A stretch of DNA of 56,830 nucleotides from Deltaproteobacteria bacterium (lineage in GTDB: Bacteria > Myxococcota_A > UBA9160 > SMWR01). Position numbers and translations under genes: made by a program. Where the stretch lies: positions 1 to 56,830 of the forward strand of contig JAQBGU010000076.1 in NCBI GenBank assembly GCA_032128375.1, given 5' to 3'. Every line of letters starts with the position of its first letter. Positions within the stretch are counted from its first letter, which is position 1. This document shows positions 37,277-46,971 of this stretch, one piece after another. Below the pieces are notes generated by a model. It had not been told where the DNA came from. It did no database searches and worked only from the letters and a program-made list of their open reading frames with translations.

Positions 37277-39295
37277 GTGGCCCAACTCGACGAACTGATG
37301 CGACGGAACTTCGTCGACTATGCGAGCTATTCGATCCTCGACCGCGCGATACCGGACGAGCGTGACGGACTGAAGCCGGTCCAGCGCCGAATCCTGCATA
37401 CGCTGTTTGCGATGAACGACGGCCGGTACCACAAGGTCGCGAGCGCAGTTGGCGAAACGATGAAGCTGCATCCCCACGGCGACGCGGCAATCGGGGATGC
37501 ATTGGTGGTCCTGGCCAACAAGGACTACTTCATCGACAAGCAGGGCAACTTCGGCAACATCCTGACCGGTCATCGCGCGGCCGCGGCGCGGTACATCGAA
37601 TGTCGCCTGACCCCTCTCGCACTCGAGATGTTGTTCAATGAGCCCCTGACGGAGTTCCGACCGAGTTACGACGGCCGAAACCGGGAACCGGTATTTCTGC
37701 CAGCCAAGCTCCCGGTCACGCTGATGCTCGGCACCGAGGGCATCGCAGTCGGAATGGCGACACGAATTCTGCCCCACAACCTCGTCGAGCTGTGGGAGGC
37801 CCAAATCGAGTTGCTCGATGGGGAGACGGTCCTGCTCGACCCAGACTTTCCGCAGGGCGGCTTTGCGGATGTCTCGGAATACGACGACGGTCGCGGCAAG
37901 GTCAGGATCCGCGCCAGGCTGAAGGCCGTCGACGCCAAGCGCATCGTGATCAGCGAAATTCCATTTTCGACCACGACCGAGACCCTGATCGCGTCAATCG
38001 AGGCGGCCGTCCAGAAGGGCCGGGTCAAGGTTTCAACGATCCACGACTACACGACAGACAAGGTCGAAATCGAGCTGATCACGGCAAGGGGCGCGACGGT
38101 CGAGGAAGTCATCCCGCAGCTGTTCGCGTACACCGATTGTAGCGTATCGGTGAGCTCGAGCATCGTGGTGATCCGGAACAGACGCCCCGTCGAACTTTCG
38201 GTCAGTGAGGTTCTCCGCGAACTCACCGACCAGCTTCGCGAACAGATCCGCGCCGAACTCGAATGGGAACGCCAGAAGTTACTGGACCGCCAGCACTGGC
38301 TCACGCTCGAGGCCATCTTCGTGGAGCACAAAGTGTACCGGCGGATCGAGACCGCCAAGACTGACCAGGCGGTGCGCGAGCAGGTCGACACCGGCATGCG
38401 AGAGCACGCGGAGTTGTTCATTCGCGAGATGATCGCAGAGGACATCACGAATCTGCTCGGAATTCGAATCCGGCGCATCTCGGCGTTCGATCGGGGCCAT
38501 AACCGCGACGAAATCAAGGAGTGCGACGCCAAGCTCGCCGTGATCGGTGACAAGCTCGAGCACCTGACGGGCACGGTGATCGATACGATCAGGGACCTGA
38601 TCGATCGCTACGGGAAGGACTACCCGCGGCGAACCAAGACGGAGCGTTTCGACACCATCGACAAGAAGGAAATCGCACAGCAATCGCTGAAGCTCGGCTA
38701 CGACCGCGAGACGGGCTTTCTGGGAACGGGTATCAAATCCGACAAGCCGCTGCTTTCCGTCAGCGAGTACGATCTCGTGCTGGGAATTTCGAACGACGGC
38801 TCCTACCGGATCATGAAACCGCCGGAAAAAGTCCTGTTCACGGGACGCCTGATCTATTGTGAAGTGTTCGACCCGACGCGCGGTGCAGAGTTCACGGTCG
38901 TGTACCGCGACAAAGCGAAGATTGTCTACGGCAAGCGAATCCACATCGACAAGTTCATCCGCAACCGCGAATACGAACTGATCAAGGACAAAGCCGGCAA
39001 GCTCGACCTGCTGCTGCGGTCCAGCGAAACCGGAACCCTCGGGATGCAATTCACTCCCGCTCCGCGCCAACGCGTGCGAACCGCAAAGTTCGACCTGTCG
39101 AATCTGGAGCTCACCGGCACAACGGCCCGCGGAATTCGACTTGCCCCGAAACCGGTCAAGACACTGAAGTTCGAGCGCGCCACATCAACGAAGAAAAAGC
39201 CCAACAAGAAGCCGGCAGCCGCAGCACCCGCTTCAAAATCTGATGCCGCCCCCAATACGGGTTCTAAGCCGCCCCAGCAAGAGGATCTGTTTTGA
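37277..39295 (+). CDS. parC: Type IIA topoisomerase A subunit (topo IV ParC-type)
   Basis: RAIPDERDGLKPVQRR, HPHGD, AAARYIE catalytic Tyr; short CTD with no GyrA box recognised. Confidence 0.85.
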   Translation: MAQLDELMRRNFVDYASYSILDRAIPDERDGLKPVQRRILHTLFAMNDGRYHKVASAVGETMKLHPHGDAAIGDALVVLANKDYFIDKQGNFGNILTGHRAAAARYIECRLTPLALEMLFNEPLTEFRPSYDGRNREPVFLPAKLPVTLMLGTEGIAVGMATRILPHNLVELWEAQIELLDGETVLLDPDFPQGGFADVSEYDDGRGKVRIRARLKAVDAKRIVISEIPFSTTTETLIASIEAAVQKGRVKVSTIHDYTTDKVEIELITARGATVEEVIPQLFAYTDCSVSVSSSIVVIRNRRPVELSVSEVLRELTDQLREQIRAELEWERQKLLDRQHWLTLEAIFVEHKVYRRIETAKTDQAVREQVDTGMREHAELFIREMIAEDITNLLGIRIRRISAFDRGHNRDEIKECDAKLAVIGDKLEHLTGTVIDTIRDLIDRYGKDYPRRTKTERFDTIDKKEIAQQSLKLGYDRETGFLGTGIKSDKPLLSVSEYDLVLGISNDGSYRIMKPPEKVLFTGRLIYCEVFDPTRGAEFTVVYRDKAKIVYGKRIHIDKFIRNREYELIKDKAGKLDLLLRSSETGTLGMQFTPAPRQRVRTAKFDLSNLELTGTTARGIRLAPKPVKTLKFERATSTKKKPNKKPAAAAPASKSDAAPNTGSKPPQQEDLF

Positions 39296-39329
39296 CAGAA
39301 ACCTCGAGCGAGATCCGCGCTTCGAAGGG

Positions 39330-39617
39330 ATGGCCAACAGCGTCAGGCTCGAATACCTGCGAATGCCTGCTCTCGCGCTCGAACTCGACGGCAGTGCAAT
39401 GCCGGGCTCCGGGAGCGGCCAACTCATCGCCGATCAGGACCCCGTAGGTGTGAGCAGTCGTGCAAATACCGGTGTCGAGGCGCAGTTCGGCATTCTGCGC
39501 GTTGCACCGATCCAGCTGCCGGAGCCTAGCCTCGGCACCCTCCACGCAGCGGCAATAGCCGTTCTCGCCGGCCTGGCCAGGTTCGCAGCACCCCGTGCGC
39601 GGACCCTTCGCTGTTGA
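39330..39617 (+). CDS. Small PEP-CTERM-like ORF without signal peptide (possible remnant)
   Basis: C-terminal QLPEPSLGTLHAAAIAVLAGLARFAAPRAR; GAAGGG before ATG 39330. Confidence 0.45.
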   Translation: MANSVRLEYLRMPALALELDGSAMPGSGSGQLIADQDPVGVSSRANTGVEAQFGILRVAPIQLPEPSLGTLHAAAIAVLAGLARFAAPRARTLRC

Positions 39618-39702
39618 AATCAGCGTCAGCAGCGTGCGTCTGCTTGCATTCGCTGCCGATGCTGTGAAAAAATCCACTCCCATCCAGAGATTGGCAGAGA
39701 GC

Positions 39703-40434
39703 ATGGCAATCGATTCTTCGACAACGGGCACGCCGGCCAAAGCAAAACAGGGAGCCGATTGGCGCCTCGGGTTCAGCATGGTGCTCACAGTCGGCTGGCT
39801 ATTGCTCGGCGTGGCGTACGTCTCGCAGATCATCGGTTGGCGCGATTTCGCCAGCCAGAACGCTCCGTCGCTCGGCAGCTTTTTGGAAGGAGCCTTTGCG
39901 CCTCTCGCCTTTCTCTGGCTGGTGGTCGGATTCTTCCTGCAGCAACGCCAGCTCCAAGACAATACGAAGACGATTCAACTCCAGCTCGAGCAGATGCGAC
40001 GATCAGCAGAGCAGGCCGAGATTCAGTCGAGGGCGATCGCTGCGGACGAGCTCCACTCTCGCCAGGACACATTTCTGCGTTCACGACTTCTCGTCGCGGA
40101 TCAGCTCGCGATGATCTCCGGCTGGATCTTGAGCTCCCACACCGAAGACGTTTCGACACTGATGGACCAATGGGCGCGGACCGGCCAGGGGGAGCCCAAC
40201 GCCTTTCCGCTCGAGATCATCCGCCGAGTGCTCTCCAATCAGATCGATGCGCACGAACTTTTCTACGGGACCGCGATTCGCGCCGGCCACACCGAGCGGT
40301 ACTGCATCGCGTTCGATCGTCTGATCGACGCGGGAACTCGTTGTGACCCGACAGGAATGATCTGCGACGCTCTTCGGGAGGGCGCGCAGGGACGCATCTA
40401 TCGGATGATGGTGGAGCGGAAATTCGCGACCTGA
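39703..40434 (+). CDS. Conserved-looking hypothetical membrane protein (2 TM + coiled coil)
   Basis: GSFLEGAFAPLAFLWLVVGFFLQQRQLQDNT; start inferred at ATG 39703. Confidence 0.7.
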   Translation: MAIDSSTTGTPAKAKQGADWRLGFSMVLTVGWLLLGVAYVSQIIGWRDFASQNAPSLGSFLEGAFAPLAFLWLVVGFFLQQRQLQDNTKTIQLQLEQMRRSAEQAEIQSRAIAADELHSRQDTFLRSRLLVADQLAMISGWILSSHTEDVSTLMDQWARTGQGEPNAFPLEIIRRVLSNQIDAHELFYGTAIRAGHTERYCIAFDRLIDAGTRCDPTGMICDALREGAQGRIYRMMVERKFAT

Positions 40435-40578
40435 GCCCCGGTGTAGCGGCTAGCCCCTCCGTGCTAGACTCAGCCCTTGGGACGTGTCCTTCTCGACCGA
40501 AAGCGATCGGACACTCACCGATTTCCGATATCCGGATCCCTCGGATATGGAGGGACGCGATGGATCTGGAGTACCCGG

Positions 40579-41472
40579 TCAGAGCCTGGTGATCCGTCCC
40601 CAGACCGCGTCACGAACGGCTGTCGTCGCGAGCCGGCTGAGAGCCGCGGCCAGTCGGGTCTCACGGCCGCACCAATAGCGGGTACGTGGGCGGCGCGCAG
40701 TGAGAGCATGGTGGATTCGGCGTGCGACAGCTTCGGGCGGCGCGGCGCGGTCCAGGAACGAGCCGTTGAACGCCCTCAGCCTTTCGAGAGCGGGGCCGTA
40801 GTGGCTCTTCTGGTCGTCGGGGACGCGGGACAGCGCGCGATCGAAGTCCGCATTCATCGACTCGCGAAAGATCGGCTTGTCGGCTTCGGAGTAGGTCATT
40901 CCCGGCTCGATCAGCGACACCTTGATTCCAACCTTGCGCAGCTCCAGGCGCAGCGCATCGGTCATGCCCTCGATCGCGTATTTCGAAGCACATCCAACTC
41001 CCATGAGTGGGATCGCCAGACACCCCGCACCGCCGCCGCCCACGTTGACGATCCGGCCGCCAGCGCGTCTCAGTAGTGGGAGAAATGCGCAGGTCACAAG
41101 CACAACACCGTGAAAGTTCACCCCAAAGAGCTGCTCGAGATCGGGGCGCGTCACATGCTCGAGGGGGCCGCCGAAGCCCGCCGCTGCGTTATTCACGAGG
41201 CCGCCCAGACCGGCGGGGCCGACCAATCGCTCGACCTCGTCGCGTGCACTCGCAATGGAGTCGTCGTTCGTGACGTCGAGCAGCACGCCGCGAACTCGGC
41301 CTTCGCCTTCGGCCTCGACACTCGCAGCATCTGGCGACCAGCGCACACCCGCGAATACGCTCAGACCCGCCCGGGCGAGGTAGAGCGCTGTCGCCCGGCC
41401 GATCCCACGAGACGCGCCGGTAATCAGCACGGCGGTCCCGTTGGTCCAGGCTTCGCGATCGGTGCCTTGCAT
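40579..41472 (-). CDS. SDR family oxidoreductase (retinol/17-beta-HSD-like)
   Basis: TGASRGIG, LVNNAA; the catalytic YxxxK position reads GCASK (Tyr missing). Confidence 0.85.
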   Translation of the reverse strand: MQGTDREAWTNGTAVLITGASRGIGRATALYLARAGLSVFAGVRWSPDAASVEAEGEGRVRGVLLDVTNDDSIASARDEVERLVGPAGLGGLVNNAAAGFGGPLEHVTRPDLEQLFGVNFHGVVLVTCAFLPLLRRAGGRIVNVGGGGAGCLAIPLMGVGCASKYAIEGMTDALRLELRKVGIKVSLIEPGMTYSEADKPIFRESMNADFDRALSRVPDDQKSHYGPALERLRAFNGSFLDRAAPPEAVARRIHHALTARRPRTRYWCGRETRLAAALSRLATTAVRDAVWGRITRL

Positions 41473-41575
41473 TGCGGGCTCTCCACGGGACGAGTCGGAG
41501 GCGCTTGATCGAAGGGTCGAATGGGCTCGTAAGACCTGCGCGCCGGCAAGAGCCGAGCGCAAAATGGCTACCTGG

Positions 41576-42409
41576 CTAGCGCCCCTTGAATTCGGGCGCC
41601 TTCTTTTCCACGAACGCCCGAACGGCGCTGCGATGGTCTTCCGTCAGACCGGTGTGCACGTGATGAGTTGCTTCGAGATCCAAACACTCCAGCATGTCGC
41701 CACCGACTGCGCGGTTGAGATTTTCCTTCATGTAGCGAAACGCGACCGTGGGACCGTGTGCGATCCTCGCCGCGTACGCGAGCGTTTCGTCCTCGAGAGC
41801 ACCGGCAGATACCACGCGGTTGACGAGTCCGAGTTGTTCGGCCTCCTTCGCGGTCAGCCGGTCCGACAAGAAGTAGAGTTCCCTCGCCTTGGCGGACCCG
41901 ATCAATTGGGTCATGAAGAAGGTTCCGCCGTAGTCTCCACTGAAACCGACCTTTGCGAACGCTGTCGTCAAGATGGCGCTATCGGCCGCGATGCGAAGAT
42001 CGCACGCCAGCGCCAACGACAGACCCGCTCCGGCCGCAGCGCCCGGCAGCGACGCGATGACCGGCTTGGGCATGTTGTAGATGCGCCCGGCCGTGTTGCG
42101 CTGCGACAGCCGTTGGCGGTGAATGGCCGCGTCCAACCCGATCCCGCCGCCGCGCTTTGCCGCGTCGGCCTCGCTCGATGCCATTCCTTTTACGTCGCCG
42201 CCCGAACAGAAGCCACCGCCCGCGCCCGTCAAGACCACGCAGCCGACATCAGACGCGCGCTCAGCCTCGTCGAGTGCGGCTTCTAGCCCGGCGAGCATCT
42301 CTGCTGACAGCGCGTTGCGCCGCTCGGGCCGGTTCATCGTCAGGATCGCGACGCGATCTTCGACGCGTGCGAGCAGGTGTTCCGTCCCGGTGTCGATCGT
42401 ACGCCCCAT
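41576..42409 (-). CDS. Enoyl-CoA hydratase/isomerase family protein
   Basis: NRPERRNALS, FCSGGDV, PGAAAGAGLSLALACDLR, FVEKKAPEFKGR. Confidence 0.93.
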   Translation of the reverse strand: MGRTIDTGTEHLLARVEDRVAILTMNRPERRNALSAEMLAGLEAALDEAERASDVGCVVLTGAGGGFCSGGDVKGMASSEADAAKRGGGIGLDAAIHRQRLSQRNTAGRIYNMPKPVIASLPGAAAGAGLSLALACDLRIAADSAILTTAFAKVGFSGDYGGTFFMTQLIGSAKARELYFLSDRLTAKEAEQLGLVNRVVSAGALEDETLAYAARIAHGPTVAFRYMKENLNRAVGGDMLECLDLEATHHVHTGLTEDHRSAVRAFVEKKAPEFKGR

Positions 42410-42528
42410 GGCTGGCCTCCCGTCGGTGGAATCCGTGAAACCTCAACCCGTGTGTGGCGCCGTATTCGCCGGAATCTACACGAGGACCCCGTCTCCGGGA
42501 AGCCGGCTGCGAAGTCCCGAAAGCGGCG

Positions 42529-43032
42529 TCAGCCCGCGGCGGCGGCGAGCGGAAGTGGATCGGCGGGGATCAGCGCCAACGCAGGTTGGATCGACTCCCG
42601 CCCGCGTCCCGCCAATTCCAGACGCATGAACATCTGCAGCGCGGTGTGGTGTGCGGTGACGCGCGCCAGCAGCTGGATTTCGCCGGCGGGAGCCAGCCTC
42701 TCGAGGTGTTCTATCTGGGCAACCCGCATCGTGAGTTCGCCGGACAATTTCTCGATGATTTCGATCCAGCGCCGACCGGCCAACGCGCGCGCCTGGCTGC
42801 GAACGCTGGCGATCGCAGATCGGGAGACGCTATCCGCGACGTCGGCCGAATCCAAAATCGATCCCAACAGCGCGATCGTTTGGCTTTCTAGCCGCCGGAG
42901 CACACGCAACTTCGCGCAGCGATCTCCGCTCCAAGGACGCTTCGCGAGATCCGAAAACAACGCCTCGCGAGCCAGTGCGAGCCGGTAGGCAGCGCCGACC
43001 TGCTTCAGGTAGCCACGATCGCAGAGCACCAA
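42529..43032 (-). CDS. Helical hypothetical protein (degenerate ferritin-like?) divergent from LysR
   Basis: GAGGAG RBS before TTG; predominantly helical pattern. Confidence 0.6.
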   Translation of the reverse strand: MVLCDRGYLKQVGAAYRLALAREALFSDLAKRPWSGDRCAKLRVLRRLESQTIALLGSILDSADVADSVSRSAIASVRSQARALAGRRWIEIIEKLSGELTMRVAQIEHLERLAPAGEIQLLARVTAHHTALQMFMRLELAGRGRESIQPALALIPADPLPLAAAAG

Positions 43033-43066
43033 TGATCTCCTCAGCGGACCCGATCAGCCTAACCGC

Positions 43067-43125
43067 GTCTGAATTATTGACAATTGTGCTAACCAGAGAC
43101 ATTCTGTTTCCGAATTGTTGACAAT
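43067..43125. promoter_or_regulatory. LysR-type T-N11-A boxes in the divergent promoter
   Basis: GTCTGAATTATTGAC, TGT-N11-ACA (TGTGCTAACCAGAGACA) and repeated GAATT(A/G)TTGACAAT in an AT-rich gap. Confidence 0.6.
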
Positions 43126-43164
43126 GAGCTGAGTTTGGCACGACACCGAGCCGCAGGGAGGAAC

Positions 43165-44139
43165 ATGGACCGGCTCGACCAGATGAGCCTATTCGCCCGG
43201 GTCGTCGAAGCGGGGAGCTTCGCCGGCGCCGCGTCGGAATTGGGACAGACTCGGGCGGCCGTCAGCCGCCAGATCGCGGGGCTCGAGCACCGACTCGGTG
43301 CCCAACTCTTGCATCGAACCACACGCCGGATGCGACTGACCGATGTTGGCCGCGAATACTACCAGCACTGCACCCGGATCTCGGAGCAGGTCGAGTCGGC
43401 GGATCTGGAAGTGGCAAGCATGCTCGCAGAGCCGCTGGGATGGCTTCGAGTTGCCGCGCCAGTGACATTCGGGCGGCGCTACCTGGCGCCTCTGGTGGGC
43501 CCATTCACTCGGCGCTACCCGAAGGTGCGCGTCGAAATTTCACTGAGCGACTCGACCCCTGACCTGATTTCCGGCGGCTTCGACGTGGGGTTTCAGGTCA
43601 CTGCCAGCCCCGATTCGTCGCTGACCTCGCATGCACTGGCCCGCAGCGAGATGGTTGTTTGTGCCACGCCGGAATATTTCAGCCGCTGCGGTAGGCCAGC
43701 CAACCCGTCGGAGTTGAAGGGCCATAACTGCCTGGTGTACAGCAAGCTCGAGACCCCGCGGCTGTGGCGATTCCAGGCGAACCAAACGATTCGCGTCGAC
43801 GGCAATTTCGCGGTCAATCACGGTGAGGCACTGCTCGCCGCGACGCTCGAAGGTATCGGGATCGCCTACATGCCGACATTCATTGCCGGACCCTATCTGG
43901 CCAACGGCCAGCTCGATTCGATCCTCGGAAGCTTCACCCGATCCAACCAGCAGATCTTCGCGCTGCACCCCACGAACCGGAATCTCGTGCCGAAGGTGCA
44001 GGCCTTCGTAGAGTTCGTCGTCAGCGCGTTTCGGCCGTCCCCTCCCTGGAGCGTTCAACCGCGCCGCAAAGCCGGCAGGCCCGGCCCCGGCCCCGGCCCC
44101 GAACAACGGCGAGTCCCGATTCGCCCAATCCAACGCTGA
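43165..44139 (+). CDS. LysR family regulator (CrgA/DmlR-like)
   Basis: GGAGG + ATG 43165; FARVVEAGSFAGAA..VSRQIAGLE..LLHRTTR. Confidence 0.93.
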   Translation: MDRLDQMSLFARVVEAGSFAGAASELGQTRAAVSRQIAGLEHRLGAQLLHRTTRRMRLTDVGREYYQHCTRISEQVESADLEVASMLAEPLGWLRVAAPVTFGRRYLAPLVGPFTRRYPKVRVEISLSDSTPDLISGGFDVGFQVTASPDSSLTSHALARSEMVVCATPEYFSRCGRPANPSELKGHNCLVYSKLETPRLWRFQANQTIRVDGNFAVNHGEALLAATLEGIGIAYMPTFIAGPYLANGQLDSILGSFTRSNQQIFALHPTNRNLVPKVQAFVEFVVSAFRPSPPWSVQPRRKAGRPGPGPGPEQRRVPIRPIQR

Positions 44140-44334
44140 GCCTCTCGTCAGCGAAATTCCGATTTTCATCGCACAAACTTTGAGGCTTCATGGCTTCATG
44201 CTTCTCAGCTTCATCGCAGGCGTCACCCGCAACCGCGGTGCGGTTCGTCGGGGTGTCCAGATTTGGGGGACCCTCTGCCACGCTCTGCGCGGAATCCGAC
44301 AACCAAAGAAAGCCGACTGGCGTACGCTGGACGC

Positions 44335-45690
44335 ATGAGCCGACGTGCGGGACGGTTGTGCGCCTGGATCTGGGTCGTGAGTGCGAATGCGCTTCTGCTG
44401 TGGATCTACTTCTGGCCCGAGACCAAAGTCCCACTCGGCGACGAGGGTAGCTATTGGCAGGTCGCAGAGAGGATCGCCCGGGGTCAGCCGGCTGAGCTCC
44501 CCCTGCTGTGGCCTCCGTTGTATCCGAACTTTCTCGCTGCCTGCATCGGCCTGGCGCACGTGTTGGGAGGCGACCCACTGTGGTGGGTGCAGGCCTTCCA
44601 GCTCGCGCTACTGGCTGCAGTCGGCGCGATCGCCCGCGATCTGTGCATCCGCCTGATCGGGGTCGAAGCCGGTGGCGAGCGAATCGGAAATTGGACCGCG
44701 CTCGGCGTGATCGGGTTTCCTCCGCTGATCGCATTCGCCCACTACGCCCGACCCGAGATCCTTCACCTCGGCTGGTTCGCGCTCGCGTTGTGGATCCTCG
44801 CCGCGCGCCCGGCTTCCATGCGTTGGGCCGCCGTATTCGGCGCCGTTCTCGGCCTTGCATTGCTGACCAAGAGCCTGCTCGGTCCGTTCCTTCCCGTGCT
44901 GCTCGCCCCCTACGCGCTAAACGGCGCGCGAAAAGATCGCGTGATGCGCACGTCGGTCGCGATCGCCGCGCTCGTGACGATCGTGGTGCCCACAATGCTC
45001 GACAATGCGGAGCGATCCGGTTCGTTCACGATCGCCGGCAGTTCGTGGTTCAACCTCTGGGTGGGCCTCAACGATGTTTCGCGCCGCAGCCTGCGCCAAC
45101 CCGTGGTCGGACGCGAGTATCGAATCTTCGAGGCCAGTGCGGCGACTTTCGAACAGCGAAATCAGATCCTGCGCGACAAGATCGTTCGGCGGATCCAGGA
45201 GCGCGGCGTCTGGACTCTCGTTCTCGAACGACTCTCACGTCAGTATTTCCGGCTGTTCGACGCCGATTCCTATCTCACCGACCAGCTGCCCGGGGGTTTT
45301 GTCGCCGCCCGCGGCGGCGGCTACACAGGCATCCCGCACTGGGCCGGTGTGTGGATTCGAGTCATTTGCTTCGCCCTCTACGCGGCCGTTCTCATCGGCT
45401 TTGCCGCGGGAATCACGCTATGTCCGCCCGCCGGACGCCGCTGGATGTGGATCGTGCTGGCATTCCTCGGCTACAACCTCGTGATCTTTCTCGTGTTGCA
45501 CGTAAAATCGCGATTTCGCGTGCAGTTTCTTCCCTGCTTGTTCTTCTATGGCGCGTGCGCGCTGAATGAATGGCAGCGTCGCGGCGAGATCCCCGGCCGA
45601 ACCGACACGCGGTGGCGGCTGCGGATTGCAGCCGCAACAGCTGGCGGACTGCTGTTTCTCGCGTTCGGCGGACCGCTGCTCGACGCCTGA
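44335..45690 (+). CDS. GT-C / ArnT-PMT-like integral membrane glycosyltransferase
   Basis: GDEGSYWQVA, WPPLYP, multiple TM segments, RPEILH, C-terminal SRFRVQF. Confidence 0.75.
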   Translation: MSRRAGRLCAWIWVVSANALLLWIYFWPETKVPLGDEGSYWQVAERIARGQPAELPLLWPPLYPNFLAACIGLAHVLGGDPLWWVQAFQLALLAAVGAIARDLCIRLIGVEAGGERIGNWTALGVIGFPPLIAFAHYARPEILHLGWFALALWILAARPASMRWAAVFGAVLGLALLTKSLLGPFLPVLLAPYALNGARKDRVMRTSVAIAALVTIVVPTMLDNAERSGSFTIAGSSWFNLWVGLNDVSRRSLRQPVVGREYRIFEASAATFEQRNQILRDKIVRRIQERGVWTLVLERLSRQYFRLFDADSYLTDQLPGGFVAARGGGYTGIPHWAGVWIRVICFALYAAVLIGFAAGITLCPPAGRRWMWIVLAFLGYNLVIFLVLHVKSRFRVQFLPCLFFYGACALNEWQRRGEIPGRTDTRWRLRIAAATAGGLLFLAFGGPLLDA

Positions 45691-45798
45691 CATGAATGCA
45701 CGCTTGCGAGCCCTGTTCGCGCTCCCGATTCGACTGACTCGTTGACGCAGCTGGAGGCGTACCCAAGGGCCCACTCGCCGTCGCGTTAGAATACGGCC

Positions 45799-46971
45799 AT
45801 GAAAATTCGAGCACGGCTCGAGATGGCCATCCTGGTCGCGCTGGGTCAAATCGCGACGTCGTGCCTTCCGACCAGCGGTGATCAGCAAGCTGGACGGCGC
45901 TTGACCGAACTCGTCGATGCACTCGACGCGGCGATCCCAGCCATCATGCGTGAGGCGAACACGCCTGGTCTGGCGATCGTCTTGATTCGAGACAGCGAAA
46001 TCGCCTGGCAGAAAGGCTATGGGGTGCTGGTCGCGAATTCGACCGATCGCGTCGGTGAGCAGACCATCTTCGAAGCGGGCTCGATGAGCAAGCCACTGTT
46101 TGCGTTCCTGGCACTCCGGCTCGTCGATGCAGGAAAGCTGGAGCTCGATCGCCCGCTGGACAGCTACCTGGCATCTCCCTACCTACCCGACCAACCTGCG
46201 GCGGCCCAGATCACGGCTCGAATGGTACTCCTCCACACCACCGGTCTACCCGACAATCGCCCGCATGACGGCCAGGGCGCTGCCCGATTGCAGTTCGCAC
46301 CGGGCTCGGGATTCCTGTACTCAGGCGAGGGTTTCCGCCTACTGCAGAGCGTCGTCGAGCGTATCGTCGGAGAAGATCTCGCTGCCTACACGGATCGAGA
46401 GATCATGCGACCGCTCGGAATGTTGCGCAGCAGCTACCGATGGCGGGATGCGTTCAGCGACCAGTTGGCCGCTGGCCACAACGCCAGCGGCGAGCCGCGG
46501 ACCGACCGGAACCTCTACCATCGCGCGGACGCGGCGAATTCGTTGTACACGACGGCAGCCGACTACGCGCGCTTTTTGATCGAACTGCTCGGTTCTTCCA
46601 GGTTGGCTCCTCCACTGCGCGACGACTTGCGAGAGGCGATGATCACAGTGCAATGGCGCGGTCACCGGAACAAGAGCATCCGCAGCCTCGGCTGGAGAAT
46701 CGACCCGATCGGCGGCTACGTACATCACAGTGGCGCAAGTCACGAAGGATTCCGCTGCTTTTCGCGCTTCCACCCCGAACGGGGGGCGGGCCTCGTCATC
46801 ATGACCAACAGCGCAAGCGGGCAGAACGTGCGCGAGCCGATCCTTCGCCTGATCGCCGCAAGCGCCGGTGGTTTGGACGACAACGCTGCAGTCGCGTTTT
46901 CACAGCGCATCGTCGAACGACTGCGAAAATTGTACTTCAGCATGAGCCAGTCCGACCCGGAGCCTCTTTGA
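45799..46971 (+). CDS. AmpC/class C-like serine hydrolase (possible lipoprotein)
   Basis: FEAGSMSK, LLHTTGLP, FLYSGEG, HSG; ATSC lipobox-like. Confidence 0.88.
   Translation: MKIRARLEMAILVALGQIATSCLPTSGDQQAGRRLTELVDALDAAIPAIMREANTPGLAIVLIRDSEIAWQKGYGVLVANSTDRVGEQTIFEAGSMSKPLFAFLALRLVDAGKLELDRPLDSYLASPYLPDQPAAAQITARMVLLHTTGLPDNRPHDGQGAARLQFAPGSGFLYSGEGFRLLQSVVERIVGEDLAAYTDREIMRPLGMLRSSYRWRDAFSDQLAAGHNASGEPRTDRNLYHRADAANSLYTTAADYARFLIELLGSSRLAPPLRDDLREAMITVQWRGHRNKSIRSLGWRIDPIGGYVHHSGASHEGFRCFSRFHPERGAGLVIMTNSASGQNVREPILRLIAASAGGLDDNAAVAFSQRIVERLRKLYFSMSQSDPEPL

Noticed and set aside
40435..40500. tRNA-like start GCCCCGGTGTAGCGGCTAGC
   Set aside because: No T-loop GTTCRA and no matching acceptor stem.
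46440..46967. Long N-terminal extension of the sulfatase ORF
   Set aside because: Overlaps the serine hydrolase in another frame and has low-complexity Arg-rich composition.
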